A stretch of DNA of 64,000 nt from Staphylococcus phage vB_Sau_P68, in sequence record OL741057.1; one strand, 5' to 3'. A model generated the notes under the pieces. The model was not told the origin of the DNA and did no database searches. It worked only from the letters and a program-made list of their open reading frames with translations. Positions 35,622 to 45,964 of this stretch are shown here, in pieces. Position 1 is the first letter of the stretch. Every line of letters starts with the position of its first letter. The position numbers and the translations under genes were made by a program.

Positions 35622-36269
35622 TTATTCTGCTGTTACGTCTGCGCCATCTTCTGTAGGTGTAACTTTTACATTCTCAGGTGCTGAAGGCTCTGAAGTATCT
35701 CCTTGACCTTCTCCTGAATCTACACCCTTAACATCTTTACGGGCAGGACTTGCAGGGAAATCCGCAATTACATCTTCATGTGCGTGTTTCATACTATCTT
35801 TAACTTCATCTGCATCATTTTCTGTAGGGTCTACAATAGATAATACATCTTCTTTGTTATTTGCAACAAATACGTTATAAACACCAAATTTGAAACGGTC
35901 TTCAACGAAAGCTAAGAAAGCTTGAACTAGTTGTTTACCTTTGTCTAATCCTTTGATATCCTCAGTACGGATAAATGAGTGATTGTAAGGGTCTACAACT
36001 GTGTTTACTACAAAATGAATATTATCTCCATCTGTGTATGCAATCGGTGATTTCTTCATGATATTTAGTACACCTTTACCGTCTGTTTGAACAGGGTATA
36101 GGAATAACTCTTCTCCCTCTGAAACTACTTTGTACGCATATTGTCCTTCATGTGTACGAGTATAACCGTCACGGTTAACTTTAACTTGTAAATATTTATC
36201 TGCTACTGTAACAGAGTCTTGCTGTAATACATCATTAACATTCTTTTTAGCCATAAGCTTAATCTCCAA
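35622..36269 (-). CDS. hypothetical structural-type protein; its C-terminus starts an FN3-like repeat
   Basis: ORF track; the C-terminal SAPENVKVTPTEDGADVTAE is similar to the downstream repeats. Confidence 0.55.
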   Translation of the reverse strand: MEIKLMAKKNVNDVLQQDSVTVADKYLQVKVNRDGYTRTHEGQYAYKVVSEGEELFLYPVQTDGKGVLNIMKKSPIAYTDGDNIHFVVNTVVDPYNHSFIRTEDIKGLDKGKQLVQAFLAFVEDRFKFGVYNVFVANNKEDVLSIVDPTENDADEVKDSMKHAHEDVIADFPASPARKDVKGVDSGEGQGDTSEPSAPENVKVTPTEDGADVTAE

Positions 36270-36380
36270 TCTTTATTTTAGTAATCTATTTTAAAGCATT
36301 CTATAAGACATAGAAAAAGCCTTCCCTATGCTTTATTATTGAATTCTCGATAATAATATAACACAAGGAAGGCACCGTAA

Positions 36381-37043
36381 CTAGTTTTCCCAAATATGAT
36401 TTTCAGTATTTACTCTATGGTTATTTAATTCTTTTTTTGCATAGTACTCATGGTATGCATTTATTTTAAATCTAACATAATCTCTTAATTCTGTCAATTC
36501 ACTTGATACTTCTTTTCTCTTCATATCAAACTTCTCCGCTACTTGAGAAACGATAAAAGCATCATCTTCTCTTTCAGGGTTAATAAGTAATTCTTTAAGT
36601 AGTTCACTTTGAACTTCTGTAAACTCTATATCATCAAATACATAACTCATAATTTGATTATCCTCAAAGTCCTCATTTAAATCCTCAGTCAAGGACTCTA
36701 CTGTATAATCTTTTTTACCTATAATTTCAGTACGTTTGTACTTTTCATTCTTCTTAACATAGCTATTCTGAACTCTTAGAGTTAGTTTAGCTTTAATGTA
36801 TCCAGGGAAATCTACTTTACTTCTAATATTATATTCTTTAACTAGCTTAATAAATTGTTCATCAATGTATTCTCTTAATTCTTGTCTTTCAAAGTCATTA
36901 GATAAAATACCTGCATATCTATGGTACAACGCCCATCTAAGGTTTTTATACCTATTAAGTAAGCTATCTAAGTCTCTTTCAAAATCAACAGGAATACCGT
37001 CTATATCTATTACGTATCTATTACCATTGTTAGCTTTCTTCAT
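36381..37043 (-). CDS. putative RNA polymerase sigma-like factor
   Basis: position after the RecA-like gene, as in Twort-like phages; weak region-2-like segment FPGYIKAKLTLRVQNSYV. Confidence 0.45.
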   Translation of the reverse strand: MKKANNGNRYVIDIDGIPVDFERDLDSLLNRYKNLRWALYHRYAGILSNDFERQELREYIDEQFIKLVKEYNIRSKVDFPGYIKAKLTLRVQNSYVKKNEKYKRTEIIGKKDYTVESLTEDLNEDFEDNQIMSYVFDDIEFTEVQSELLKELLINPEREDDAFIVSQVAEKFDMKRKEVSSELTELRDYVRFKINAYHEYYAKKELNNHRVNTENHIWEN

Positions 37044-37383
37044 AAGGATTAGCCCCCTCGAAGATTATTCTTACTTTATGTGATTTATCTTTAACATATA
37101 TATCAGAGAAATGGATAGTTTTAGGTACTTTAACCTCTTCACCTTCATGTCTAATTAGGGAGTATCCTCCCGCCCATCTATCTGTTACATGTTCTATATA
37201 CATCACTGTAGAATCTGTATAAGGGAATCCACCTTCTTCAATGATAATTGATTCACCTTTTTCTTTTACTTCTTCAAATTTCTTTGCTATGTCTTTATAA
37301 GGTAAAGGAAGAACATCTGAGGAATTTGCATTCCCCAAAGATTCTTTTACCTGACTCATGTTTTTATCTATTAAATTATCCAT
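37030..37383 (-). CDS. hypothetical protein (117 aa)
   Basis: ORF track. Confidence 0.55.
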   Translation of the reverse strand: MDNLIDKNMSQVKESLGNANSSDVLPLPYKDIAKKFEEVKEKGESIIIEEGGFPYTDSTVMYIEHVTDRWAGGYSLIRHEGEEVKVPKTIHFSDIYVKDKSHKVRIIFEGANPYEES

Positions 37384-37386
37384 TTA

Positions 37387-38643
37387 TTATTCAGAATCCT
37401 TTTCTTGAGATTCTCCTTTTGGTTCTTCCTCTTGTTCTTCTTGTTTATTATCTGTAGCCCATTCTTCATAATACTTCTCTAATGCTTGATACTCTTCTAG
37501 TTGAGTTACAATTACTTTGTTATTAAGTAATGGTGAGTATCCATTAGGGAAATGTTCTCCGTATACTCTACTGAATAACTCTAAATATAGCTCTCTATTA
37601 TCTTTTAATACAGGTACCCATTCAGCATCTCTAAGTTTAATTTCCTCACCATTCAATGTAACATAGTTTCTCCATGCACCTTTAGTAATTAAACCTCTCT
37701 CAACTGCTTCTTTGTATACAGTATGTTCTAAGTCAATACCGTTTAATAAGATAGGGTCATCATCTTTACCTACCATATAATCAGATAGTAAGTCTGCTTC
37801 TGCTTTTTGCCCCGGTCTAGATAATTTAGATTTCTTAGTTTCAATACGCATAATATGACCATGATATTCATCTTTACCAGTCAATTCACTCTTCTGTTTT
37901 AGTTGAGATGCTTTATGAACTTTAATACGTAAACTAGCACTATGTTCAAATGCTCTACCGCCTGTAGACTTAATAGGGTCACCGTACATACCTGCATTCA
38001 TATCGTCACGAGCTTGGTTAATAACAATTAAACCTGTATTTGTATCATTTAACTTAGGTGTTACTGCATTAATTACTTTTTGAGTAGCTGATGCTTTAAG
38101 ACCCATTTGTTTCTCATCAATACCGCCATCAATCTCTTTCTGAGTTCTTGTAGCTCCTAGTGAGTCCCAAATAAAAACAATAGGTACTCCAGGTATCTTT
38201 TCATTAAAGGTGTCAATCCAGTACTCTAATTCCTTACCTACAGCTTCTACAGATAGCTCTACTGTATTTTTAAGTCTACCCTCTCCTGATTGAATAGAGA
38301 ATAGTTTTGAAACATCTACTCCAAGTTGTTCCATACGATTATTATCTGCTGTTCCTTCAATATCAATCCAAATAGTAATAACACCTAATTGTGTTGCAAT
38401 TCTAGATAAATGAACCGCAAATGTTGATTTACCACTACCAGTTAAACCATATACCTCAGTTAATCTACCTAATGGAATACCTCCACCTAAAATATAGTCA
38501 TACTGAGGAACCATTGTTGGTATAACATTCTTAATATCTGCTCTGTTTGTATCTGATAATAATGTTAATCCTAATTCTTTACCTAAATCAATTGTATTTA
38601 AATCTGTTAAATCTACTTCTTTACCTTTTTTTGCTCTTGCCAT
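37387..38643 (-). CDS. RecA/UvsX-like recombinase ATPase
   Basis: Walker A GLTGSGKST; RecA-fold core. Confidence 0.8.
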   Translation of the reverse strand: MARAKKGKEVDLTDLNTIDLGKELGLTLLSDTNRADIKNVIPTMVPQYDYILGGGIPLGRLTEVYGLTGSGKSTFAVHLSRIATQLGVITIWIDIEGTADNNRMEQLGVDVSKLFSIQSGEGRLKNTVELSVEAVGKELEYWIDTFNEKIPGVPIVFIWDSLGATRTQKEIDGGIDEKQMGLKASATQKVINAVTPKLNDTNTGLIVINQARDDMNAGMYGDPIKSTGGRAFEHSASLRIKVHKASQLKQKSELTGKDEYHGHIMRIETKKSKLSRPGQKAEADLLSDYMVGKDDDPILLNGIDLEHTVYKEAVERGLITKGAWRNYVTLNGEEIKLRDAEWVPVLKDNRELYLELFSRVYGEHFPNGYSPLLNNKVIVTQLEEYQALEKYYEEWATDNKQEEQEEEPKGESQEKDSE

Positions 38644-38702
38644 TTAATATCCTCCTAGTAATTATATCTTAAATAAAAGAGTGCTCTAAGGCACTCTATA
38701 TC

Positions 38703-39890
38703 TTATAGGTTATCTAAGTCTAGACCACCTAATACATCGTCAATACTTTGTGTTTGTTTTTGTTTTGGAGGCTCCTGAGTAGTTTGTTGTTGCTGTTGTT
38801 GTTGTGGTTGTTCAGGTGCTTGTTGTGTGTTTTGAGATTGAGTGTCAAAAGGTACTTGTACATCATCAACACTGCTTACATCAAAGTCACTGAAAGGATT
38901 TGAGTCAGGTTGTGATTGCTGTTGTGCTAAGTTGTTCCAATCAACTGAGCCTGTATTAGTAGGTTGTTGCCCTGCTTGACCTTGTTGCGGTTGGCTAGGT
39001 TGACCACCAATATTACTTGGCATCTGACTATCAATATCTTGTTGAGTTGGAGCTTGCTTAGGTTCTGAAGGTTCTTCACCTAAGACATTTGTTTCACGGT
39101 TAAACTTAAAGTTATCATGACTTAATTCTGTGTTATTAACATTATTGATTAAGAAGTTAACAAAGTTAGGGTTTTGTTCTTCTGTAGGTTGTGCTAATTT
39201 CTCTAAGTCAGATAATTGTTGTTCCCAACCTTGAGGTAATGCACCAAGAGGAGCGTTAGGGTAAACACTAACTTTCCATGACATTTCACCTTTTTTAGCT
39301 TTAGCAATATTAACTAAGAATGCTTCATTTGCTGAAATAAAGCTATGAGGTGCGTTAGGTGATGGTTTTAACATAGTATCTTTAAGGTTTGCTAATAACT
39401 CTTTATAACCTGTGTTAGATAATTCCATCGGTTGAATAACGATATTACCTTGTGAGTCTGTCTTAGGTTGAATTTGTCCGTTATTATTAAAGTATTCAAT
39501 AACATGAATGTAATAACGTACTGCAGGTTTATTAGGGAATCTACTGAATTGAACACCATTTGCTATCCAGTTATCAATGTAAGGGTCAAGTACCGATGAA
39601 CCTTGTTCTGCAGGTAATGTTAACCCTGTGAACCCTTGAGAACCATCTTTCTTAGAGTAGTTAATTCCTGATGTTCTAAATTCTTTAAAGAAAACATTTG
39701 TTCCTTGTGCAGGTGGTAATACTCGTACAAAAGCATTTTCTTTAGTAACTTTATTTCCGTTTGCATCTTTAATATTACCTAATCGTAATACAGGGTTTTT
39801 AGGTTTATAGCTCTCTACATTGTTGTTAAAAGAACTGTTACTACTTTCTAATTTGCTTGCCTCATTGTTAATAAATTGATTGAAATCCAT
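38703..39890 (-). CDS. hypothetical protein with a Gln/Pro-rich low-complexity C-terminal half and an acidic tail; possibly an ssDNA-binding protein
   Basis: position between the recombinase and the polymerase; C-terminal ...QQQQQQ...SIDDVLGGLDLDNL. Confidence 0.3.
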   Translation of the reverse strand: MDFNQFINNEASKLESSNSSFNNNVESYKPKNPVLRLGNIKDANGNKVTKENAFVRVLPPAQGTNVFFKEFRTSGINYSKKDGSQGFTGLTLPAEQGSSVLDPYIDNWIANGVQFSRFPNKPAVRYYIHVIEYFNNNGQIQPKTDSQGNIVIQPMELSNTGYKELLANLKDTMLKPSPNAPHSFISANEAFLVNIAKAKKGEMSWKVSVYPNAPLGALPQGWEQQLSDLEKLAQPTEEQNPNFVNFLINNVNNTELSHDNFKFNRETNVLGEEPSEPKQAPTQQDIDSQMPSNIGGQPSQPQQGQAGQQPTNTGSVDWNNLAQQQSQPDSNPFSDFDVSSVDDVQVPFDTQSQNTQQAPEQPQQQQQQQTTQEPPKQKQTQSIDDVLGGLDLDNL

Positions 39891-39975
39891 AATTATCTTT
39901 TCTCCTTTTAATTAATTTACTTATTTATTATAACATAGTTTTTTGTATTTGTCAATTATATTTTTTAATTTATTT

Positions 39976-40458
39976 TTAATGTGAAAACGGGTTAGTAATT
40001 CCGCCGTTTTTATTTGTTTGTCTTAATTCTGCACCTAATTGTATCATCATGTCTCTTCTTGTTTCAAAAGCTTTTACAACATATTGAAGTTGCTTAACTT
40101 TATAATTCCAAGCCTCAACAACTTTAAGCTGTTGTTGGTAAGAGTCATGAATGTATACACTAGACTCAATCATATCTTTTGTTGGTTTCTTTCCTTGTTG
40201 TTCATACTCTTGTCTAATTGTAAGGTTTAGCTTACTACCAATTGTTTCAAGGTTTCTTTGTTCCATTTCAGAATATGCTCTAACCTTCTCTAATATAGAA
40301 GCCCAAAAAGCATACTTAGCTGATTGTTGCATAAAGTCCTCTTGTATTGTATACTCTGTAATCTTTAATTCATCCGTGATATCAAACTCTTGTGAGTTCC
40401 CGTTTCTATCTTTAATAGTAAAATTTGTAAAATCTAGGGAATCAATGTGTATTTCCAT
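39976..40458 (-). CDS. hypothetical protein (160 aa)
   Basis: ORF track. Confidence 0.55.
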   Translation of the reverse strand: MEIHIDSLDFTNFTIKDRNGNSQEFDITDELKITEYTIQEDFMQQSAKYAFWASILEKVRAYSEMEQRNLETIGSKLNLTIRQEYEQQGKKPTKDMIESSVYIHDSYQQQLKVVEAWNYKVKQLQYVVKAFETRRDMMIQLGAELRQTNKNGGITNPFSH

Positions 40459-40474
40459 TTACCAGTTCCTCCTT

Positions 40475-40717
40475 TTAAATATTAACTGAAATACTGTTTA
40501 AAGGTAAAGCTAAAGGATATTCCTCTTCAATACTTTCTAATTCTTTTGCTACTTCTCCAGTAGATGACTCTGTTGGTAAAACCATAGAGCCATGTTTATT
40601 TTCTTCCTTATTATAGAATGTAATAACAATATTCATTTCACCTAATTCATCCTGGTACATACTTGTTATAATCCATTCATCTAAGGAACGATTAAATCTA
40701 ATTTCTCCTGTATTCAT
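40475..40717 (-). CDS. hypothetical protein (80 aa)
   Basis: ORF track. Confidence 0.5.
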   Translation of the reverse strand: MNTGEIRFNRSLDEWIITSMYQDELGEMNIVITFYNKEENKHGSMVLPTESSTGEVAKELESIEEEYPLALPLNSISVNI

Positions 40718-40786
40718 TGTTTTTTCCTCCTTATCTTTACTACTTAATTAGTATAACATAAGTTAAACATTTTGTCAATACTTTTT

Positions 40787-43105
40787 TTAAATTTCTTGAT
40801 AGATAGATTTCTCACCTTTAACTACACTAGTAGCCTTTTCAAATTGCTCATCAGTTAATTTACCTGATTCTTTATAGTCTTCTAGTGTTTGTAAGTTCAT
40901 CATGTACTTAATATAACCCTGGTAAGAATTAAATGTATCTATTTCTTCTTCATCGTAATCTACCATATCGTTATAATTTAATCCAATTTCCATATCTGCT
41001 TTAATAGGGTACTGTACTTCTTTACCGCCAATTTCAGCTTTTAGGAAATCAAATGGTAAGTTCTCCATAACATGGATTGTTACCTTAGCCATTAATTTAG
41101 CTTCCTCAGGAGGACAGTCAATTAAAATACTATCGTGTACTGTGGCAATAACTTTTGATTTCAAGTTACGAGATTGAATAAAGTCATCTAAGTAAGTTAA
41201 AGACATATTTGTTAAGAAACTACCTGAACCTTGAATGATAGTATTAAATGATTGTCTTAACCCTTCATTTCTTATTTTCTTTTCTGCTGATTGAGCTGAA
41301 CGGATGAAGCGTCTATGACCATGCATCGTATCAACATAACCATATTGTTGCACAAACTCATGTACATTGTCAATAGAAGTTTTTACACTAGGTTTTGTTT
41401 GGAAATACTTTTCAAAGATTTCTTCTGCTTCACTTACTTCCATATTATTTTTACCTGCAAATGAGAATGGTGACTCACCGAAGGCTAATCCAAAGTTTAC
41501 TGCTTTTGTTGCTTGTCTTTCTTCTTTAGTTACTTCTTCTACTGGTTTGTTATAGACAATACTTGCAGTAGCCTTATGGATATCTTCACCATTTAAGAAT
41601 GATTGTAGCATATCAGGGTCTTTAGTAAATAATCCAATAATACGCATCTCTAGAGCACTATAGTCGGCTCCTAGTAATACCCCATTTTCAAATCTAGAAA
41701 CAAATGAACGTTTAATTGGGTGTTTATAATCAAATTTATTTACATCTGATGTGTGTGCAGGTAAGTTCTGTAAGTTAGGATTACTACTACTTAATCGTGA
41801 TGTCTCTGTACCTGTCTCAGAGAAAGAACCGTGTAATGTTCTTTTTTGTTTATTAATCATATTAGGTAACTTCTTAGTAAATGAATTACGTTTTGTCTGC
41901 ATACTAGCATGGTATTTAAGTAATTCAAGAAGTTCTTTAACATCATCTTTTAAATCTAAGTTATCTAGTGCATAACCGATAGATTTTTTATCTGTTTTGT
42001 AGTCCTGCCAAGTAAGGTCTGCTTCTTTAACATTAGCATTAAAAGGTTTCTCTTTAACATACTCTTTATCATAAGGTAATTGAATACCTAGTATATCATA
42101 AATAACTCTACCCTTATGGTCTCCTGAACTAGGTGAGAACATCCATTTACCATCTTTAAACTTATCTCTGTATTGATGAATATCCTTATCTCTATCCTTA
42201 GGTTTCTTCTCATGCTCTTCTAAAGCCATTTGATAAAGGTTATACTGATATTCTTCAAACTCTTTAACAGCCCAATGCTCTCTCATAGTAGCGTGGTTCT
42301 TAGCCATCTCAGACTCGTATGACTCATCATTCTCTTTCATGTAATCTAAGTCACAGTATAAACCATTTGATTCAATTCTAGCTAATGATTTAGTTAATCT
42401 AGGGTAGTTAACTTCTAATAAATGCATTGACTTAGGTCTATCTTGTTCTTCTAATTTCTTAACTACATCACAGTGAATTCTTCTACATACATCTGTATCT
42501 CCTGATGCATATGGATGCATTAACTCAATAGGGAACCAATCATAGTTAAAGTTACCTCCATCAATATCATTAACTACATCTTTTGCATCTCGATACTTAT
42601 TAATAAGTTCTATAGCAGTAGTTAAGGTATATGACTTAGCATCATTAGATAATCCCATATATTCAGGTGATTGTTCTGCAATAACCTTAAAGTCATCTTC
42701 CATAGTATAATCCATGTTAACAACCTCAGGTTTTAATCCTAACTGAGTGTATTTCTTTTCTAACTCACTCTCCCCTGTCATTTCTTCTAACTTATTATCT
42801 AACCATTCTTTATAGTCAGGAGCTTTAATGTCATACTCTTTCTTAGCAACCTTTTTATTCTCTTTTTGTATTTCTTTAACTTTATCTGAGAAGAATCTCA
42901 ATAACTTAGTAACAAACCACATTTTAAAATCCTCTAGCGGTTTATCATATCCACCTACATCTGTTACTTCATAAGCTAAATCAGATAATCTTAATGATTC
43001 TTTAACTTCTTGTGTTACAGCTAAGTACCATCCTACTTTAGTATCTTGAATACTCTCAAAGGCTCTAAAGTTTTCAGTACTCATTAAGAACTTGATATCA
43101 TATTT
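40787..43105 (-). CDS. DNA polymerase (family A), exon 2: end of the 3'-5' exonuclease domain plus the polymerase domain
   Basis: the reading frame is open upstream of the track's ATG back to KYDIKFL, which completes Exo II motif HNGKYD; Exo III-like YASGDTD; Pol I palm/fingers motifs. Confidence 0.8.
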   Translation of the reverse strand, partial: KYDIKFLMSTENFRAFESIQDTKVGWYLAVTQEVKESLRLSDLAYEVTDVGGYDKPLEDFKMWFVTKLLRFFSDKVKEIQKENKKVAKKEYDIKAPDYKEWLDNKLEEMTGESELEKKYTQLGLKPEVVNMDYTMEDDFKVIAEQSPEYMGLSNDAKSYTLTTAIELINKYRDAKDVVNDIDGGNFNYDWFPIELMHPYASGDTDVCRRIHCDVVKKLEEQDRPKSMHLLEVNYPRLTKSLARIESNGLYCDLDYMKENDESYESEMAKNHATMREHWAVKEFEEYQYNLYQMALEEHEKKPKDRDKDIHQYRDKFKDGKWMFSPSSGDHKGRVIYDILGIQLPYDKEYVKEKPFNANVKEADLTWQDYKTDKKSIGYALDNLDLKDDVKELLELLKYHASMQTKRNSFTKKLPNMINKQKRTLHGSFSETGTETSRLSSSNPNLQNLPAHTSDVNKFDYKHPIKRSFVSRFENGVLLGADYSALEMRIIGLFTKDPDMLQSFLNGEDIHKATASIVYNKPVEEVTKEERQATKAVNFGLAFGESPFSFAGKNNMEVSEAEEIFEKYFQTKPSVKTSIDNVHEFVQQYGYVDTMHGHRRFIRSAQSAEKKIRNEGLRQSFNTIIQGSGSFLTNMSLTYLDDFIQSRNLKSKVIATVHDSILIDCPPEEAKLMAKVTIHVMENLPFDFLKAEIGGKEVQYPIKADMEIGLNYNDMVDYDEEEIDTFNSYQGYIKYMMNLQTLEDYKESGKLTDEQFEKATSVVKGEKSIYQEI

Positions 43106-43903
43106 CGTTTTAGCCTGTATATTTCTATACAGAACGGACTATACCTTCATAAGCCCTTACCATTAGGTTTTTTTGTAGTTACCTAAATGGGCTTGATGTC
43201 CCTCATTTACATAGTGTGATTATTTTTTGTGATGTGTATCTTCATGACATGATTTACATAACCATTTTATTTCTAAAGGTTTGTTATAATCAGGATGATG
43301 AGCCTCAGGAATACATTCCTTATTACACTCTGAACATTTACTAGGTCTTAATAGAGAACCGTTTCTTAATGCAGTTCTTACAGAGTTTCTAGCTTTAGCT
43401 TTTAAAGAATTATTTTCTCTGTATTTTCTTGAACGCTTTTTATTTAGTTCCCTTCCTCTATCAGAAGTATTATACTCATTACCTTGTTTCCGATACTTAT
43501 CTCCATTTTTCTCATAACATTTTTTAATAGTATTTTTAGTTTTATCTAATTTATTATATTCCTTTCTACAAGGTATACACATACTCTGATAATAAGTTTT
43601 ATCATTCTTTTTATATGTTTTAAAATTAGATAAATCTAACTCTTCATTACATCTTCTACATACTTTTTTGTTATTTTTAACTGATGTCATATAATCTTTT
43701 TTCACTGTACCACCTCTATTAAGTTGATACACTATGTCTCACCTTGGTCTACAAAACCTCGGCTCAGTCTCTACACCCCATCTATTGTCACCAATAATGT
43801 AGGCTCGGGATTACCACTATCCTTATTACAGGACTTAGGTTCTCTTATCAGCTTCTTAAAGCTATGCCCGATATGAGAGGGATTTTACAACAGCAAATCA
43901 TTT
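43106..43903 (-). mobile_element. group-I-type intron interrupting the DNA polymerase gene; it carries an HNH endonuclease ORF
   Basis: exon 1 ends ...AACGGU, with U at -1; the intron ends ...CUAAAACG, with a terminal G; the joined exons read KVAHNG-KYDIKFL. Confidence 0.65.
43220..43732 (-). CDS. HNH endonuclease encoded inside the intron (Cys-rich N-terminus + classic HNH)
   Basis: CSECNKECIPEAHHPDYNKPLEIKWLCKSCHEDTHH. Confidence 0.75.
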   Translation of the reverse strand: MYQLNRGGTVKKDYMTSVKNNKKVCRRCNEELDLSNFKTYKKNDKTYYQSMCIPCRKEYNKLDKTKNTIKKCYEKNGDKYRKQGNEYNTSDRGRELNKKRSRKYRENNSLKAKARNSVRTALRNGSLLRPSKCSECNKECIPEAHHPDYNKPLEIKWLCKSCHEDTHHKK

Positions 43904-44770
43904 ACCGTTGTGTGCTACCTTAATATCTTCTTTGCTAGCTAACCAATTCTTAAACAACTCTAATACTTCATCAATATCATCTTGACCATTTTCCCATCTA
44001 AAGTCTGATTTGTATAAAGGTATAGTTACACCTTGACCATTTCTCCATGATAGAGATAATACTAAAGGTTTACTTCCTTCTTTATCAGGTTTCAATGAGT
44101 TAGTCTCTAAGTCCCATGCAGTGATATCTACACCGTCATAGTTATCATTCGTTACTTCCTTAGTAAATATTTCTCTAACTCTTTCAATGTTATCTACTAA
44201 TTCATAAGATACCTCTTTAGGTTTAAAGGCTTCTTCTCCTTGCTCTACAAACTTACCTACTGTTTGTAAGTCTGATACAACATGACGTTCACTATTTTTA
44301 TTTACATTAGTGTACTCAATACTATACGTAGGTAATACCCATACATCATGAGAAGATGTTTCATTTTCAACTGTTACTTTACTTGGTACTCCTCTTACTT
44401 TACCGATAGCTGTAACATTTAATAAGTATTTAACTCCTAATTTACCTACAGGAATAATCATATCATAAGCATTATCAATAATAATGTTATTCATTCTTTC
44501 ATAGTATGGTTTTACTTCTGCTTGTTTAACATCTTGATATTTAATAATCTTACCATAATCATTTCTAATAGGTGTAGGTACTGCATTATAAAGAAAATCA
44601 ATATCATAGTCTCTATTTGTTTTATCTCTCTTTAATTTAGAACACTTCTCAAGTAACTTCTTAAGTGTTTTTCCGTTAGGTGTATTTAATACATTAGACT
44701 TCACACTCCCATCTTTACTTACAGAAAAGTGTTCTTCTCTAATGTGGTCGAATAAGATTAATACTTTCAT
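43904..44770 (-). CDS. DNA polymerase, exon 1 (N-terminal 3'-5' exonuclease region)
   Basis: Exo I motif ITAWDLETNSL; the track ORF ends at ...KVAHNGK, in the middle of Exo II. Confidence 0.75.
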
Positions 44771-44800
44771 TTAGTTCCTCTCCTTTTTTAACTTAATAAT

Positions 44801-44829
44801 ACTATACCATATATTTTAAACCGTGTCAA
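44801..44829 (-). promoter_or_regulatory. promoter (minus: TTGACA-N17-TATAGT) for the polymerase gene
   Basis: sequence. Confidence 0.55.
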
Positions 44830-44837
44830 TAAAAAAA

Positions 44838-44862
44838 GAAGAGAATTATTTCTCTTCTTCAT
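44838..44862 (-). terminator. rho-independent terminator (GAAGAGAA ATAA TTCTCTTC + T-run)
   Basis: sequence. Confidence 0.55.
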
Positions 44863-45151
44863 TGAGTCTATTAATAACCTCTTCTAGTTCTTTAAGTGGT
44901 TTAAATTTTATAGCTTTTCTGTTAGGTAAATGGAAATATTCTTTATTTAGCCCATCCCAAGCTTTTTTACCTTTTCTTTCAATAACTTCTATTTGTAGAA
45001 ATTTATGGTTCTTTACTTTAGTATATCCTTCTTCTAATAAGTCAGAGATAGCATCTGTCTCTGCACTTAGTATCTCTTCTACATCTTGTATATAATACCC
45101 TGTATTCTCTGATATCTTCCTTGCTATGTCTCTTCTATTTGCTGTACTCAT
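44846..45151 (-). CDS. HU/IHF-family DNA-binding protein
   Basis: C-terminal arm RKGKKAWDGLNKEYFHLPNRKAIKFKPLKEL matches the HU beta-arm pattern. Confidence 0.6.
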   Translation of the reverse strand: MSTANRRDIARKISENTGYYIQDVEEILSAETDAISDLLEEGYTKVKNHKFLQIEVIERKGKKAWDGLNKEYFHLPNRKAIKFKPLKELEEVINRLNEEEK

Positions 45152-45160
45152 ATAATCACC

Positions 45161-45757
45161 TTATATCTTAATCTTTCGTTGTTGTTTTAGTTTCGTAATT
45201 ACATCGTCTACATCTTCAAAATCATGGCTACTTGTTAAGATATAGATATACATTTTCCATACTGATAAAGATACTCTAATTTTATCTGCAAAATCTACTT
45301 TATATTCAGGTTTTAAATCATAAGCTTCTCCATCAAAGAAATAGAATTTTTCTTGCTTTTCATCTACTTCTAGTATACGTGGGAATGATAAATGAACTTC
45401 ATCTACGTTTGTTTTAATATCATGTAAACTTCTAATAATATCATAAGGGTTTACATAAGGGAATACCACTGAAATATCAATAATAACTTTTGTTCCCATG
45501 AATGATAAAGCTATATTATCTACTTCTTTTGCAGTAAAGCCGTTACGCATACGATAAACAACTTCTGAATCAGGATGACTAGATAAGTCCTTTAATACAT
45601 AATACGGTAATACTGAGTCTGTATAGTATGTAATTTTACCACCGTGCTTACATACCTTCTCTATAAGTCTATCATTATTGTATTTCTCATTAAATAACAT
45701 ATAATGATTTTCATCTCTCATGATGTATCGTCTAGACTTAGATATTAACTCATCCAT
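45161..45757 (-). CDS. hypothetical protein (198 aa)
   Basis: ORF track. Confidence 0.55.
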   Translation of the reverse strand: MDELISKSRRYIMRDENHYMLFNEKYNNDRLIEKVCKHGGKITYYTDSVLPYYVLKDLSSHPDSEVVYRMRNGFTAKEVDNIALSFMGTKVIIDISVVFPYVNPYDIIRSLHDIKTNVDEVHLSFPRILEVDEKQEKFYFFDGEAYDLKPEYKVDFADKIRVSLSVWKMYIYILTSSHDFEDVDDVITKLKQQRKIKI

Positions 45758-45964
45758 ATTTTTTTCAATCTCTTCTTCATTACTGTGTGTGACTTTAATA
45801 GCCTCATTAATTTTATCTTTATCTTTTGTGTGTATATTAAAATACCTATCACTATTATATATCGTTAATGTTTTATTCTTTGCGATATGTCATCTTCCTC
45901 TCATTAAAAAAATCCTACTACCTTGTACTATTATAGTATAGCACAGATAGCAGGAAATTCCAAA

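Noticed and set aside
35610-35622. Programmed frameshift or stop-codon readthrough joining 35622..36269 to 35086..35610
   Set aside because: Frame 1 ends in TAA, and both alternative frames carry stops (TAG, TAA) immediately upstream of the downstream ATG, so no simple -1/+1 or readthrough path exists. Kept only as a low-level note under the findings.
38760-38830. DNA-level tandem repeat (caacaa/cag)n inside 38703..39890
   Set aside because: It is simply the coding sequence of the poly-Gln/Pro low-complexity segment, not an independent repeat element.
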